Part shown: one piece after another, positions 37,654 to 49,599 of the stretch | Position numbering within the stretch: position 1 is the stretch's first letter | How the letters are laid out: each line of letters opens with the position of its first letter | Source: Lepidodermella squamata | Lineage: Eukaryota; Animalia; Gastrotricha | Length of the DNA: 64,000 nucleotides | Direction of reading: 5' to 3' | Assembly: GCA_047495785.1 (NCBI GenBank) | Contig: JBLDXI010000011.1 | Span: forward strand, 310,001 to 374,000 | Notes under the pieces: generated by a model | What the model saw: only the letters and a program-made list of their open reading frames with translations | What the model was told of the DNA's origin: nothing | Databases searched by the model: none | Made by a program: the position numbers and the translations under genes

Positions 37654-38404
37654 CGTAAAATAAAAAGCTGCATTATTCGTTCATTTTGAAATTAATACCA
37701 TTGATCAGACACGCTATTACATCTGCAGGTGCGGCGAAATTATTTATTTACTCGATTTCTGAATGAGAAATTGTCTAGAATGTGTTGGAACTTAGACACC
37801 TTGGACCAGCTACTTTTAGCTTTAAATGGAAGAAGAACCTGTAACATCTGACAAACACGAAAGTTATTGCTATTAGTGATACTAATAACTAACATTTAAC
37901 TTGCCATTCAGAGTCATTTCGTAGCTTTGTCGGGCATGATGGATGAAAATCGCTGAGAAATACCAAAAACCCCCAAAAAATGCCCTGAACTCTGATATCG
38001 GAAGACTCCGGCACATAGATAATAGTAAAGATCGGATGCTTATGATCCTCCCGCAGTGTCAAAATTTTAGGGTGCAAAGGTCACCATGTGCAAAGCCACA
38101 TTTTCGTGCGTTTAATTTGAGCGATGTGCGCATAGCTAAATGCATGTAAAATCGACACATTTTCAAATCGATGTTTTAGAAAGACATTTACACGGTCACG
38201 CTTTCAAGTAAAAGAGTATTGTAGTGGCTCCGCAAAACAGCACACGAGAAACGGTGACTGAGTCGGACAAGCAACCTGTGTACTGGAAACCAAGCCCAGC
38301 CGAACACGCGAATCCGTATCACAATTTACTTTCCACTGGGAAACTGTCAGCATCTTATACTTTCGCAAAATGAGCTAGTGCCAATGCCAAGAACCAAGAA
38401 CAAT

Positions 38405-38612
38405 CACTAAGAAAAAACTAGGAATAATAGCTTAGTTTAATTCGGGAGCAAAATATGTGTCGTCAATTTACATGCAAAAACTTGGCTCTTGGAGGGACAC
38501 AGGAGGGCTAATAGGCTGTTATTAGCTAATTGGATATATTTTCACTGTCACACAATGAACGTTTCGGCTAATGAGCTCAAATGTCAAAGTTTTGCCTAGT
38601 TTTTTCCTAGTG
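38405..38612. mobile_element. ~210-bp MITE with CACTA-type termini
   Basis: cactaagaaaaaactagg at the left and cctagttttttcctagtg at the right (17/18 inverted match). Confidence 0.6.
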
Positions 38613-38960
38613 AAGTTTGAACACATTTTCGCTATGGTTCATACGAACTTTATATTCTATCACGTCGACACTGTAGCTTCATGTCCTCTTAATTGTTTTT
38701 AATTATTTCACACTTTTACATTAATAGTGTCCCCAAGTTGCTAACACGCCGGATAACAAACAGGATAAGACACCGTTTCTGTATCAGCAATTTTATTAGC
38801 AATTTTTTGTACCCGTATTGAAACAGGATACCCTATTAACGGTCTGGTGATAAGGCGGTTATTCATTGATATGTTCAGGACCGTTGGTATAAAAGACCGC
38901 GGTTTCCCCACGCATATTAAACTATCACAGCTTTGTCCTTTTTCGCAGGTTTATAATCAA

Positions 38961-40181
38961 ATGGAAAAAGCCGATCAATCCACATGGCCACCAAATTATG
39001 TTGAGCCGTCGGCTACGTACACGGAACCGCCGCCAAGCTATTCCCTGTCTGTAATTCCAAGCCCGAGACCACAACAAGTGACCGCATATTATCGGCAGCC
39101 CATGCCGGTAACCACAGCTCCATCAATCCAACCTAATGCGACGAGCCGAACCAGGTCTGAAAATCCGGTTACCGAAGATTCGGAGCTTATCGTCTTCCCG
39201 AAAAAGCCAGCAGTTTGGGTGTTCAAAACTCTGGGCGTACTAGCATCTCTCGCTCAGGTCGGCCTAATTTTCGCCTATTCCTTAGACTGGTTTATTGGGT
39301 CAGACTGCATGAAAGCATGCGATCGGAGTGTCAACTCCACATTTAGGTTCGATTACGTCTTCTCCATTCAACAATGCTACTACGACACCATTCTGCTCTT
39401 CCTGCCGATAAATGGCTACGTCATCCAATTGGCATTTTCAATCTACCTGCTACCATTATGGGTTACAAAGTCGAAACAGCAGTTCACCTCGCTCAAAGCA
39501 CTGTACTGCATTGACGCAATTGCAATTATGGCGGGTTACATGACATACGGCATTCAATTGTCGTACTCGGGCGATAGCGATTTTTCGACTTTGCAAACGA
39601 TGAATCTAGTCTTTCCTCCTATTGCGTTTTTATCAACTTTTGTTCTGGGCTGGCTACAAAATTGGAATTTTCACGCCAATCCGGAGCAAATTGACGGCGA
39701 TAAGCTGCCAGTGTATCGCGAGGGAATTTCGGGAAATTTCGGCCACACAATGAAAAGCTCTCATTTCTTCATGGCTTTACTGATCATGATATTCATCTCC
39801 AACCGCGTGTTCTTCTATGATGTGTACAATTATGATTCCGATATAATTCTTAGCTTTTTGAAGGCCGGGAATCCAGGTGAAGGTCGATTAGAGATAGTTC
39901 AAGAAGTGTCATTCCTTCCCAGCATTCTTCTACCGATTTTGGCGCTTTTCTTGATTTTCGTCGCCCATGCCATGCGCACATTGGAGCATTACAAATCGTC
40001 TTTTGAAGCTGGGCAGCATTTGACGAACATGGTTGTTTCAGCTTTGCTTGTTGTTGGCGCGGCCAGTGTGGCTTGGGTGTTTTCTGATCTGTCATTCTAT
40101 TATATCGAACCCATTGGCTGTACAGGTTTAGCACTCTTTTTTATTGCTGATTTAATTCTGCATCGCTTCAACGTTGAATGA
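38961..40181 (+). CDS. PPxY 8-TM family member P4
   Basis: ATG at 38961 downstream of the TATA module; WPPNY...PPPSY; intact. Confidence 0.85.
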   Translation: MEKADQSTWPPNYVEPSATYTEPPPSYSLSVIPSPRPQQVTAYYRQPMPVTTAPSIQPNATSRTRSENPVTEDSELIVFPKKPAVWVFKTLGVLASLAQVGLIFAYSLDWFIGSDCMKACDRSVNSTFRFDYVFSIQQCYYDTILLFLPINGYVIQLAFSIYLLPLWVTKSKQQFTSLKALYCIDAIAIMAGYMTYGIQLSYSGDSDFSTLQTMNLVFPPIAFLSTFVLGWLQNWNFHANPEQIDGDKLPVYREGISGNFGHTMKSSHFFMALLIMIFISNRVFFYDVYNYDSDIILSFLKAGNPGEGRLEIVQEVSFLPSILLPILALFLIFVAHAMRTLEHYKSSFEAGQHLTNMVVSALLVVGAASVAWVFSDLSFYYIEPIGCTGLALFFIADLILHRFNVE

Positions 40182-41873
40182 CCATTTTCAATTTTCAATA
40201 TGTAAATGAATAATAGATTGATATTTTGATGGTTAATTTGGGTAAATTCCATTCCCAAATCAGTAAGCAGCTAACGAGTTAACGGAAAAATAAATACATG
40301 GTTAGATAAATATTCAAATTGTAGATAAGTATCAGAAAGCTATCAGCTCATCCAATGGCCTCAGTTGGGGTTGACCTTTGAGCAATTTTCCACATTTTCC
40401 GGAAGCCTTCCCGGAGGCACGCAAAGTTACAGCCGAAATTTTAGGGTACGCGTTTATTTTGGTTATTCACGCGAGAAACCCATGTTCATTGGAAAGAGAA
40501 TTGTCGGAAGTTCGGTTTGGTATAAAAACCGCGGCGTTCTATAGTACGTCTCTTTCAAGCTGAATGTTTAAAGTTTAAAGTTAGGGCCGAGTTCGAATGG
40601 CTCAATGATCTCGCGGGCGGGCCACCTGTCATAGGCCAGTAATTACCCAGGTACGAAGTTTCTGAAGTCGAACAATCGAAAATTGAATCCGCAACAGGAG
40701 TCGATTGCAACCGTATTCACCTTCCAAAATCTGAAGCAGAGACCGGAACAATTATTTTAATGGCAGGTCGGGCAGAGGCTCCAGCAGCCACGGGATGTTG
40801 CAATTTTCGAAGTCGTGGAATCGAGAAAGTAAATCGTATTTTGCATTTCGCCACTCCGAATCAATGCCCGAGGAAGAAATTCCAAAACTTCACAATTCAG
40901 CCCGAACTACGCACAGAACCTGCCTTCAGGTTTCGTTGCTTTTTCGTTGTTGATTCCGTTCATTTTTCGTTGAGACCTTCGAAGATGTTTGAAAGAAGCC
41001 CATGCGCTAGAAGCCAAGCCTATAAAGATGATAATTCAATATTGACGCCGAGTGTGCATGGCCTATATCTTATATGATACCACAGATTTATGACAGGTAC
41101 TTTTTCGCACACCAAAAATAATTCTGCCACTACGCTTTTTGCCGCTGCCTGCTTGGGTTTTATTATGAAGCGTAGTTTTTTCTTATTATTTTATGTGTAT
41201 GGGATCATTAGTAGGGATATTATCAAACTTTTGCGTTGATGGTCACATGAGCCATGAATTGATGTTTTACGCCGCTTGAATGAACTTATCAGTATTGTTG
41301 GGTAGTATAATGACAATGCCTTTAGTGGCAGTGCTGCTTATTGGAACCAATGAATCCACAAGATCGCTATGGGCTCGACTATAATTTGTTGGACGACGTG
41401 ATTGGTTAGATTTTCCAGCATCTTAGCGTGTTATTTCTTGAACAGAAAGAAAATCCTGAATTTCACGGGTTCGATTCGCGGTGGCCGAGCATCATTTTTT
41501 CTGAGATTTTTTCAAGAGATAACCAATCACATTTTGTCGACGCCTGCCTGCCTCAAGAAGGTGAGCCGCGGCGCTGTAGGCAAAAAATAAAATTCAAAAC
41601 GACACTGAACTCCAGTTCGCACTTATTGGACGCAAGGAAGGATATTTAAGCACGGTAGCTTCAGCTGTTCGTCCACGTTACAACGTTGTGCCCAAGGTCG
41701 GCGTCATAAATGTAATAGCATGCCAGCTCATCTATTTTATTTTATTCATCTATTCATCAATTCTCGACCTAAGATTGCTGCAAATATGTACGTCAGTGTC
41801 TTTTAATACAGCTAGATGTTTTATTTGTTTTATTGGTTCGTAAATCTGCCGAACATTCCGGTGCCTTGTTGGT

Positions 41874-42420
41874 TTAAACACTGCAAACCTCAAAGCCAGA
41901 GGCGCCATAGGCGCTGCCGGTCGATGCGAATGAGACAGTTCCGGGAGACATAGCTAGGCAGCATGCTTGAAAACTTGAAGCGCTGTAACTAGATCCAGGT
42001 TTAAGAGCCTGAAAGCGAGACTCAATAACATGAAAGAAAATGTATCAAGGCAAAAAGCTACCAAGGTGGAAGTAACGCGAGTGAAAGCTTCAAATGGTGA
42101 GGTTAAAGGGAATCGAAAACAATATGCCGCAGGAGTCCCATCATTGTTAGCAGCCCATATTTTGAATGGCCTTGCTTCGGCCATACTCGACACACATGCC
42201 AATACAGGTGGAATGCCGGGAACGACTTCGTATAGGATGCTATCGACTCCTTTTGCAGCATCGCAGCACTCAGCGAACGACGCGAATGTTTTAACCGCGG
42301 CAGAAGATGCCTAAACAAAATACAGCTGGTTAGTACCAGGTTACACGTGCTAATTCTTACCGTGGTTCCACCGTGGTACAGAATTGTTGATGGTCGTCAC
42401 CGCGTGGCAGGCAGGCAGGC
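41874..42420 (-). pseudogene. F.ACC-motif family paralog; last two exons intact, upstream exon degraded
   Basis: TFASFAECCDAAKG...YCFRFPLTSPF...|ALKPG...FQACC...AYGASGFEVCSV*. Confidence 0.6.
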
Positions 42421-43324
42421 GTAGAGAAAATCGTGGCAAAAATTGACAAAGTTTATATATCAGCCATATGCCTAACCACCGGCGGTGGCATCGAGCAAAT
42501 GTTTATTACTTAACTTCAAGAGGCATCACAACTATATACTGCTCCAATACCCAACAGCAAGGTGCCATTGTTCAAGCTGCTGGAAACAGCAATAGGCGCG
42601 CTGATATTCAAGCTAATGATCGCATAAATATGACTGACTACACGATGTGCCGTCTCTCAATAATAGCAACACACTTGGCAGGCAGCGGCAAAAAGCGTAG
42701 TGGCAGAATTATTTTTAGTGTGCAAAAAAGCCCTGTCCTGGATCCGTGGTATCATTCAGAGCAGTCGGAATCGGCCTCTATATTGAACATATAGCTTGAC
42801 AGGCTTGGCACTACCTGCGGATGGGCTTCTTTCACAACCGCAACTTCGGCCACCTTAATGACTAATGAATCGCATCGACAGTAGTTGGCAATAATACCTA
42901 AAAGACAAGCCCCATGAGTAATACCGGCTGAACTAACCGCATTTGCAATTCCTGCTCGAAACAATACACGATTTACTTGCTCGAATGCTCGACTGGTAGC
43001 CATTTTTGGAACATGTTTTCGACTTCGAAAACATCCCGAGGAGGGGCTGCGGGGGCTTCTGCCCCGAATTGCAGGCCAGCCATGCAAATCATTTGAAAAA
43101 TTTGTTGACATCAGTCGACGCTTCAGATTTCGGAAGGTACATACGGTTGCGATCTACACCCAATAATGCCTGCAACGGCTTCAATGTTTTAACGGCGAAA
43201 CACTATAAAGCAGAGCAATTTGTTGAATATTGTTGAATAATAATATGAAAGACAAGATTAAATAATGCTATGCTATGCTATGAATGATTGATTTTGGCAG
43301 TTTTTCCAAGGGCGTGATGAAATA

Positions 43325-43500
43325 TGGGTGCGTTTCTAAACTCGTGTTTCTGATTTTTTGTTTCATAAAATCGAAAAAAACATGACATTTCTTTAAAGCC
43401 GGTGTGTTTTACACATGTTAAGAGGCGCGCGAGTTTAGTTTATTTTGCTTAAAAACAACAAGAATAAAATAAAATTCAACAGAATAAAGAAACGCACCCA
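43325..43500. mobile_element. Small MITE inserted in a duplicated copy of the gene K upstream region
   Basis: tgggtgcgtttct ... agaaacgcaccca TIRs; the flanks align with 33250-33500, where the insert is absent. Confidence 0.55.
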
Positions 43501-44554
43501 ATTTTATCCCCCACAATTGCTACTGCGAAGGTGAAATATGCCTGTAAACAACTAGAAGCGAAAAGATGCGCGTAGATTGTTGATGTCTGGTTATGAGAAA
43601 ACTATGCAGATTCCAGGTTACCAGCAATTGGAGGAATAATATTATCTGAGCATGTTTTCCTGTTCGAAATAGTAACTGACAGCGGACGTAAATTGGATCT
43701 AAACACTGAAACTATGTTTCAGCCGATGCATTATAGTCCGGATATGCAGAATCGAAGTCCAAGCTATTTATAATAAGGGGTCGCAAGGGTGAAGTGGAAA
43801 ACTTAAAACCTCCGAAAAAACCACAGGGGGCCTTTTGGTCATAAGATTAGGCCCAAAAATATCCCAAATATCCCAAAAATATCCCCTAGGTCGAGGATCC
43901 TACTTAGCGCATTGACATAAGCGCTGAAATTTACGAAACCTTGTCCGGTTCTACCCTCCAATTGCGCTATTTATTTTGCGGCCTGACTGAAACTAAAGGG
44001 GCTGGAATTGAGCTTTTCGTTATAAATCATTCGAATTTTTCTACATCACATCGACCCGGAGTGGCTTGCTTCGTCCTCTTAATATTTCACATTTACACTT
44101 TTACATTCAACATTCATGGTCTCCTTAATTTTTAACACACAGAAAAAACAAACAAGAGACACTGGTTTCTGTATTTTTGCTGGTTGAATCTTTCACGTTG
44201 AAAAAAGCATTTCTGTTATGATTCATTCGAACTGTTACTTCTTTCACTTCAACCCAGAGTAGCTTGGGTTGAATATTGGGGTCATCCTCATAATAGTTCT
44301 GTTTTTTCTTTACATTCATAGTGTCCCTAGGATGATAAAAAGCCGGATAGCGCACATGATAAGTCACTGTTTCTGTATGAAAAACTGTTTGCACCCGTAA
44401 ATGCAGAAGAAGGATACCCGACGCTCCACGGTCTTGCGATATGGCGATAATTCATTGATATGATTAACATCGCGTGGGTATAAAAGACTGCGGTGTCTGC
44501 TCGCAAAGTAAACTCACAACATCACAATATTCTTGTTTCTCACACGTTGATAAC

Positions 44555-45760
44555 ATGATGGACGAATACGTAACACCCTTGTGGCCACCCGAGTACGTTG
44601 AGCCGTCAGCTAAGCACTCGGAAGCACCGCCAAGCTATTCCTTGTCTGTAACTTCAAGCCCAAGGCCGCAACAAGTGACTCCACACTATCGCCAGCCTAA
44701 TCTTGTTTCTTCAAATGCAACCACCAGAGCGAGGCGAACAAGGTCTGAAAATCCTGTTCCGGAAGGTTCGGAACTTGTTGTCTTTCCGAAAACGCCAGCA
44801 GTTTGGGTGTTCAAAGCTCTGGGCTTGCTAGCATCTCTCGCTCAGGTCGGCCTAATTTTCGCCTATTCCTTCGACTGGTTCATCGGTTCAGATCGCTTGA
44901 CAATATGCGACAAGAAAGTTAACCCATCGGTTCCGTTCAATTACGTCTTCTGTGTTCAGCAATGCTACACTGACAACATTCTGCTGGTCGCGCCGATCAA
45001 TGGCTACATCATTCAATTAGCATTCTCAATCTACCTGCTACCATTATGGGTTACAAAGTCAAAAACGCTGTTCTCCTGGCTGAAAGCGTTGTACTGGATT
45101 AACGCAATTGCAATGATGACGGGTTACATTACTTACGGCGCTCAATTGGCGTATTCGGCCGATAGCCCGTTTTCCATTTTGCAAACGATGAATTTCGTTT
45201 TCCCGCCTATTGCGTTTTTGTCAACCTTTCTTCTGGGCTGTCTTCAAAATTCGAAATATCTCGTGAATCCGGAGCAAAATGACGGCGATAAGCTGCCAGT
45301 GTATCGCGACGGAATTTCACGAAACTTCGGCCGCGCCATCAAACACTCTGCCTTTTTCGTGGCTCTACTGGTCATGCTGTTCATTTTAAACCGCGTGTTT
45401 TTCTACGATGTGTACAAATACGATTCCGATATCATTCGAGGCTTTCTGAAGGCCGGGAATCCTAGCGAAGCTCGATTAGAGATAGTGCAAAAAGTGTCGT
45501 TCCTACCCAGCATTCTTCTGCCGATTTTGGCTCTTTTCTTGATCTTCATCACCCATGCCATGCTCATATCGGAGCACTATAAATCGTTTTCTGAAGCTAG
45601 GCAGCATTACGCGATCATGGTTGTTTCAGCTTTGCTAGTTGTCGGCGCAGCTATTCTGGCTTGGGTTTTTTCTCATCTGTCATTCTATTATATCGAACCG
45701 ATTTTATGCACAGGTTTAGCTCTTCTTTTTATTGCTGATCTAGTTCTGCATCGCTTTTGA
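44555..45760 (+). CDS. PPxY 8-TM family member P5
   Basis: WPPEY...APPSY; intact ORF; TATA module upstream. Confidence 0.85.
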   Translation: MMDEYVTPLWPPEYVEPSAKHSEAPPSYSLSVTSSPRPQQVTPHYRQPNLVSSNATTRARRTRSENPVPEGSELVVFPKTPAVWVFKALGLLASLAQVGLIFAYSFDWFIGSDRLTICDKKVNPSVPFNYVFCVQQCYTDNILLVAPINGYIIQLAFSIYLLPLWVTKSKTLFSWLKALYWINAIAMMTGYITYGAQLAYSADSPFSILQTMNFVFPPIAFLSTFLLGCLQNSKYLVNPEQNDGDKLPVYRDGISRNFGRAIKHSAFFVALLVMLFILNRVFFYDVYKYDSDIIRGFLKAGNPSEARLEIVQKVSFLPSILLPILALFLIFITHAMLISEHYKSFSEARQHYAIMVVSALLVVGAAILAWVFSHLSFYYIEPILCTGLALLFIADLVLHRF

Positions 45761-45872
45761 GTTGAATATTCATTGTGCTTATGTAAATAAATAATTGATC
45801 GATAAGTTGATGGTTTATTAGGCTACAGTCTATCCTATTCACTAGTTCGTAGAAAATTCAGCAACACAAGAG

Positions 45873-48800
45873 TTAAAGTGCGACGAGGCAAACATATAGA
45901 TGAACAGCTGTTGAGTAATCAATCGCAAGCAGAAAAGCAATCATGTCAAAGGCTCTGATAATTCTCATGTTAGCAGCAATGCCCCCGACTACCTTCAAAG
46001 ATCGAAAACGGCGTGAATTTGCTAAGAAACAGGCAAGCATTTCGTAAAAGGTAATCATAGCAGTCAGTCCAGTCTGTAGCAGCATGTAATTCACCATTCA
46101 CCATCAAAACAGCTTGAGACGTTTTAGGAATCCCAGCCAGAATTTGAGACTGGGCTACAATAATTGATAAAAGAGCCGTGACGCAGAATACCGGTCGATC
46201 TGGCATTTCCGGGTCAAGAGCGAGCGAGCCTAGGATTGTAGCCATCGTAATTGCACAAGGCATCATCAAATTGATGACGAAATGGCTGTTTTTTCGCTTG
46301 AAATGCAGCCTGACGCGTGCGAAACTCGCTGAGCCAGTGCTTATTAGTAGGGCCGCGTCGTTCCAAACGAGGCTTCAGCTTTAACTCCATCCCACATGTC
46401 ACTTTCGAGTTTCCTCAAACCTGATATAAAAACACCGCCAAAACTCGAAAAATCCCCCGGTTGCTCAATTACGAAGGTCAAATCGCACATTTCAACGTCA
46501 AAGGGAAATGCTCGGAGGTCAAGGTCACAGTCGGTTCGGAATGTCCCGAGTCGGCTCCAGTGGAAGTAAAGCGTGCAATATGGCCGCGTCGGTATGTACA
46601 CAATTTCTAGTTTATCAGAGAACTTGTTTTTTCGAAGGAACATTTCGTTAGACGAATTTGCGCTGAGAACCTGCGGCTTCCAGAACCGGGAAGATTCCCT
46701 CGGCGATAGAAGTTCCTTCATTTCGATAGAAGGAGCTGTAACTGAGCTGTGACAACTCGTAACAACCCATTTTAAGTGCAACGTAGCGATTAGAGTCAAT
46801 TGTCTTGTTTTCGCGTCAATGGCAACTAGCCGATCGATATCGAATCGCAGGTAGATCTTTGTGTAACTTTCCGGAGCTTTGTTTTGCGGAGAGAGTTGCG
46901 GGCACGTTAGCAGGTCTTCAACTGTAAGAACTGGATACATGTTTCCATCGATGATTTTCGGGATCGGGAAACCTGTTTCAGCATCGAACCCCAGCTCTTC
47001 AGCCACTTGAATATTCGCGACTGGTTTCGTAGTTTTGAATATCCCGCTAATATAAGCTCGGATAGTTGTCCAGTTTGCTGGAGCCAACCTTGTCGGTGAT
47101 GATGGATTCGATGTGATTCGCTGTCCCGTGGAGTTTGAAGCAGTTGTCGAAATAATCGTTTGGCTTACAGTCAGTGGCAAAGTACTACCTAAACTTGCCG
47201 CAAGAGTTGAGAAGCTAGTCGTGATAACAGAACTTGAAGAAATTGTTGATCCTGAGCAAGGGAACAAAAAAAACGAACATAAGCATACTTCTGAAAACGA
47301 AAATGAACCTGGAAAGGTTGTGGTAGAACTTGGGCTTGAATTCGAGTAACTTGATGTTAGAATGGCTGACGTAGATTCACCCGTGGCTAATGTCGAAGGG
47401 TCGACTGAAGTCGAACTGGCAGAAATTGTAGTAGTAGTAGTAGATGAGCTTGGAACTGAATTAAATGAAGTGGTCGCGGATTGGCTTTCGGTCGATGGCG
47501 TGGGATCGCTTGAAGTGGAGGTTTGAAAAGAGGTACTGATTATCATTGTAGTTGTTGTTGAGGACGGGCTTGAATCCGGCGTAGAAGAAGCAGTCGTAGA
47601 TTGGCTTATTACGGACGTTGTTGGGTTGATAAAAGTAGAAGGCCAAAAGGTTGAAGTCGAATCCAAACTGCTAGTTGTAGCTTCTGTTGAGGAGCTACTC
47701 GAAGTTGGTATTGAGCTTGGGTTTGGACTGGGTGAAGTTAAACTACTTGTTGTTTGGCTCGTTGTCGCAGGAGAAGTTGAACTTGTTGTAATTGTCGATG
47801 TTACTGAAGAGCTTGAGCTCGATGTTGAAGTTTCTGATGCTGGGGTTGTTGGCGGCGATGAAGATAGGAACCAGACGTGGAATCTAGTGATTCTTACGTC
47901 CACATTGTAATTATCAGCTGTCATCAATCTGAACACATTAGCGTTATTTCTCATGAACCCAGACAGATTGAACGCGGCGACGTTAGACAGGACGATGGTT
48001 GGGTCAATGCCAGCCGGAGATGCCAACGCGACCTAATTCAAAGCAGCATTTTACTATTGAGTTACTTTTTTGCATAGGTTATAGATTGGAACCTCTTCCA
48101 GAATCGAAAAGCGCTCATATTTTGGTTACTTCTTACTGAAGCCTCACTAGATCCGCGTTTGACGCTCAATCTAAATTAATATGCTAACTTCAAAAGTTAA
48201 CCTTGGATTTTGGATTACTTTGGCCTAATCATATTGATAAGTTCGTCTCCGGCACTGTCCCCCGATGGGCTTTTATTCTGACCAATAGTCGAATTCCCTC
48301 AGGGCTCGAAGCCTAACCACAGGGGGAACCCTTATGTTTTCTTTCCTGGCCCCAGCGGAAACTTGAGTGATGTAAGGGGGGACCCTTACCGATATTCCCC
48401 TTTCGGTAAAATTCCCATCTTCTACACTGAAGTTCTTACTGTGACAATATCATCCAGAGATTGAATGACCATGATGAAACTCGATGAGCCGGATGAATTG
48501 AAAAGTGGCGCACTGCCGACAGCAGACGCGTTGCCCGGTAGCAGGACATACGCGAAAGGTGTTGTGGGGTGGTAAGTGGCGTAGGTTTCGCCATCTAGCC
48601 CCAACTTCTGCCAGATCATCAGGCCAACCGGCTGCGCGTATTGAACTGGCTTGTTCACTAAAATAGCAAAGAAGGAAACACAATTGTAAAACCTTGGATG
48701 ATATAAGGCAAATTCAGAATCAGATGCAAAAAAATATTAACAATCCCACTGATCAAAATTATAGAGGAAGATCTCAAATTCGATGTATCCACATCCCACA

Positions 48801-49599
48801 TCTACTATTTTAGCGGGTTGCATTTCTAAGATCAATCTAGCTACTATAGCCCAGCATTTCCCAAACCGTATCCTATGGGGCACCCGTGTACTATGCCAAC
48901 TTTCCTGTGTCCTGTGGGCCTGAAAATGACAAAATATTAATAAGTGCGATCTACGCTATCCACACTAAAGGTCATTTTTGAACTTTGTTCTGACTCTAAT
49001 TCGGAAAATGGTCAACAAGGTATCCTTCGAGCCATTCTAATAGGAGTTGGGATCTAGCCTAATGGTATCTGAACTAAGTAATCCAAGCTCCAGGCAAATG
49101 TTAACTTGTTGTAATGGTATTTGTCATTAGAACGCCAAACCAGCCATAACTGCCATTTGTTAGATAGTTTGCCTGCACGTGTACCTCGGCTCGCCACGAA
49201 GGTTGCGTTACATTTAAGCGCTGTTGAAACAAACAAACTTTGCTTCAATTTCAAACTCTTTCAAACTACTTGCTTACAGTTGTAGATCTGACAGACCCTA
49301 TCGTACTCTCGTTCAGACTAGCGCCTGCCAGCTGAATGTAGCTACCCTTGTCCCGAGCCGCAGTTCCGAATGTGAAATTGCTCGACGGAACGGTAAAGTT
49401 CGTTCTATCGATTGAAAAATCTGGCGCGAATGTCGCGTTAGCCATCAAGTACGGCAGCGGTAGAATGCTCGTCGAAGGCTCAGGCATTTGCGCAAAAACA
49501 TCTGAGAAGATCTTACGCGATTAGTCTAAAGATAACAAAAATCAAAATCGAACCTGAGCAGCAAAGTAGAAATGTGCACCAAACTAAGAACAGCGCCAT
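45873..49599 (-). pseudogene. Gene D: lectin-like + stalk + Cys-loop channel with two frameshifts in the channel part; exons 49599-49554, 49501-49278, 49220-49106, 48657-48440, 48032-45873 (possible 57-nt in-frame intron 47308-47252)
   Basis: CDLDLRAFPFDVEMC; one base missing near 46351 and a 7-nt duplication (ATGGTGA twice) near 46095; lectin exons nearly identical to gene K. Confidence 0.8.

Noticed and set aside
38847-38960. Upstream GTG-started extensions of P4 (and of P5 44474-44554, gene G 60226-60387)
   Set aside because: They span the TATA/promoter region; paralogs start at the downstream ATG.
44125-44394. 89-aa ORF upstream of P5
   Set aside because: Falls in a locally duplicated promoter segment that aligns with non-coding DNA upstream of P4.
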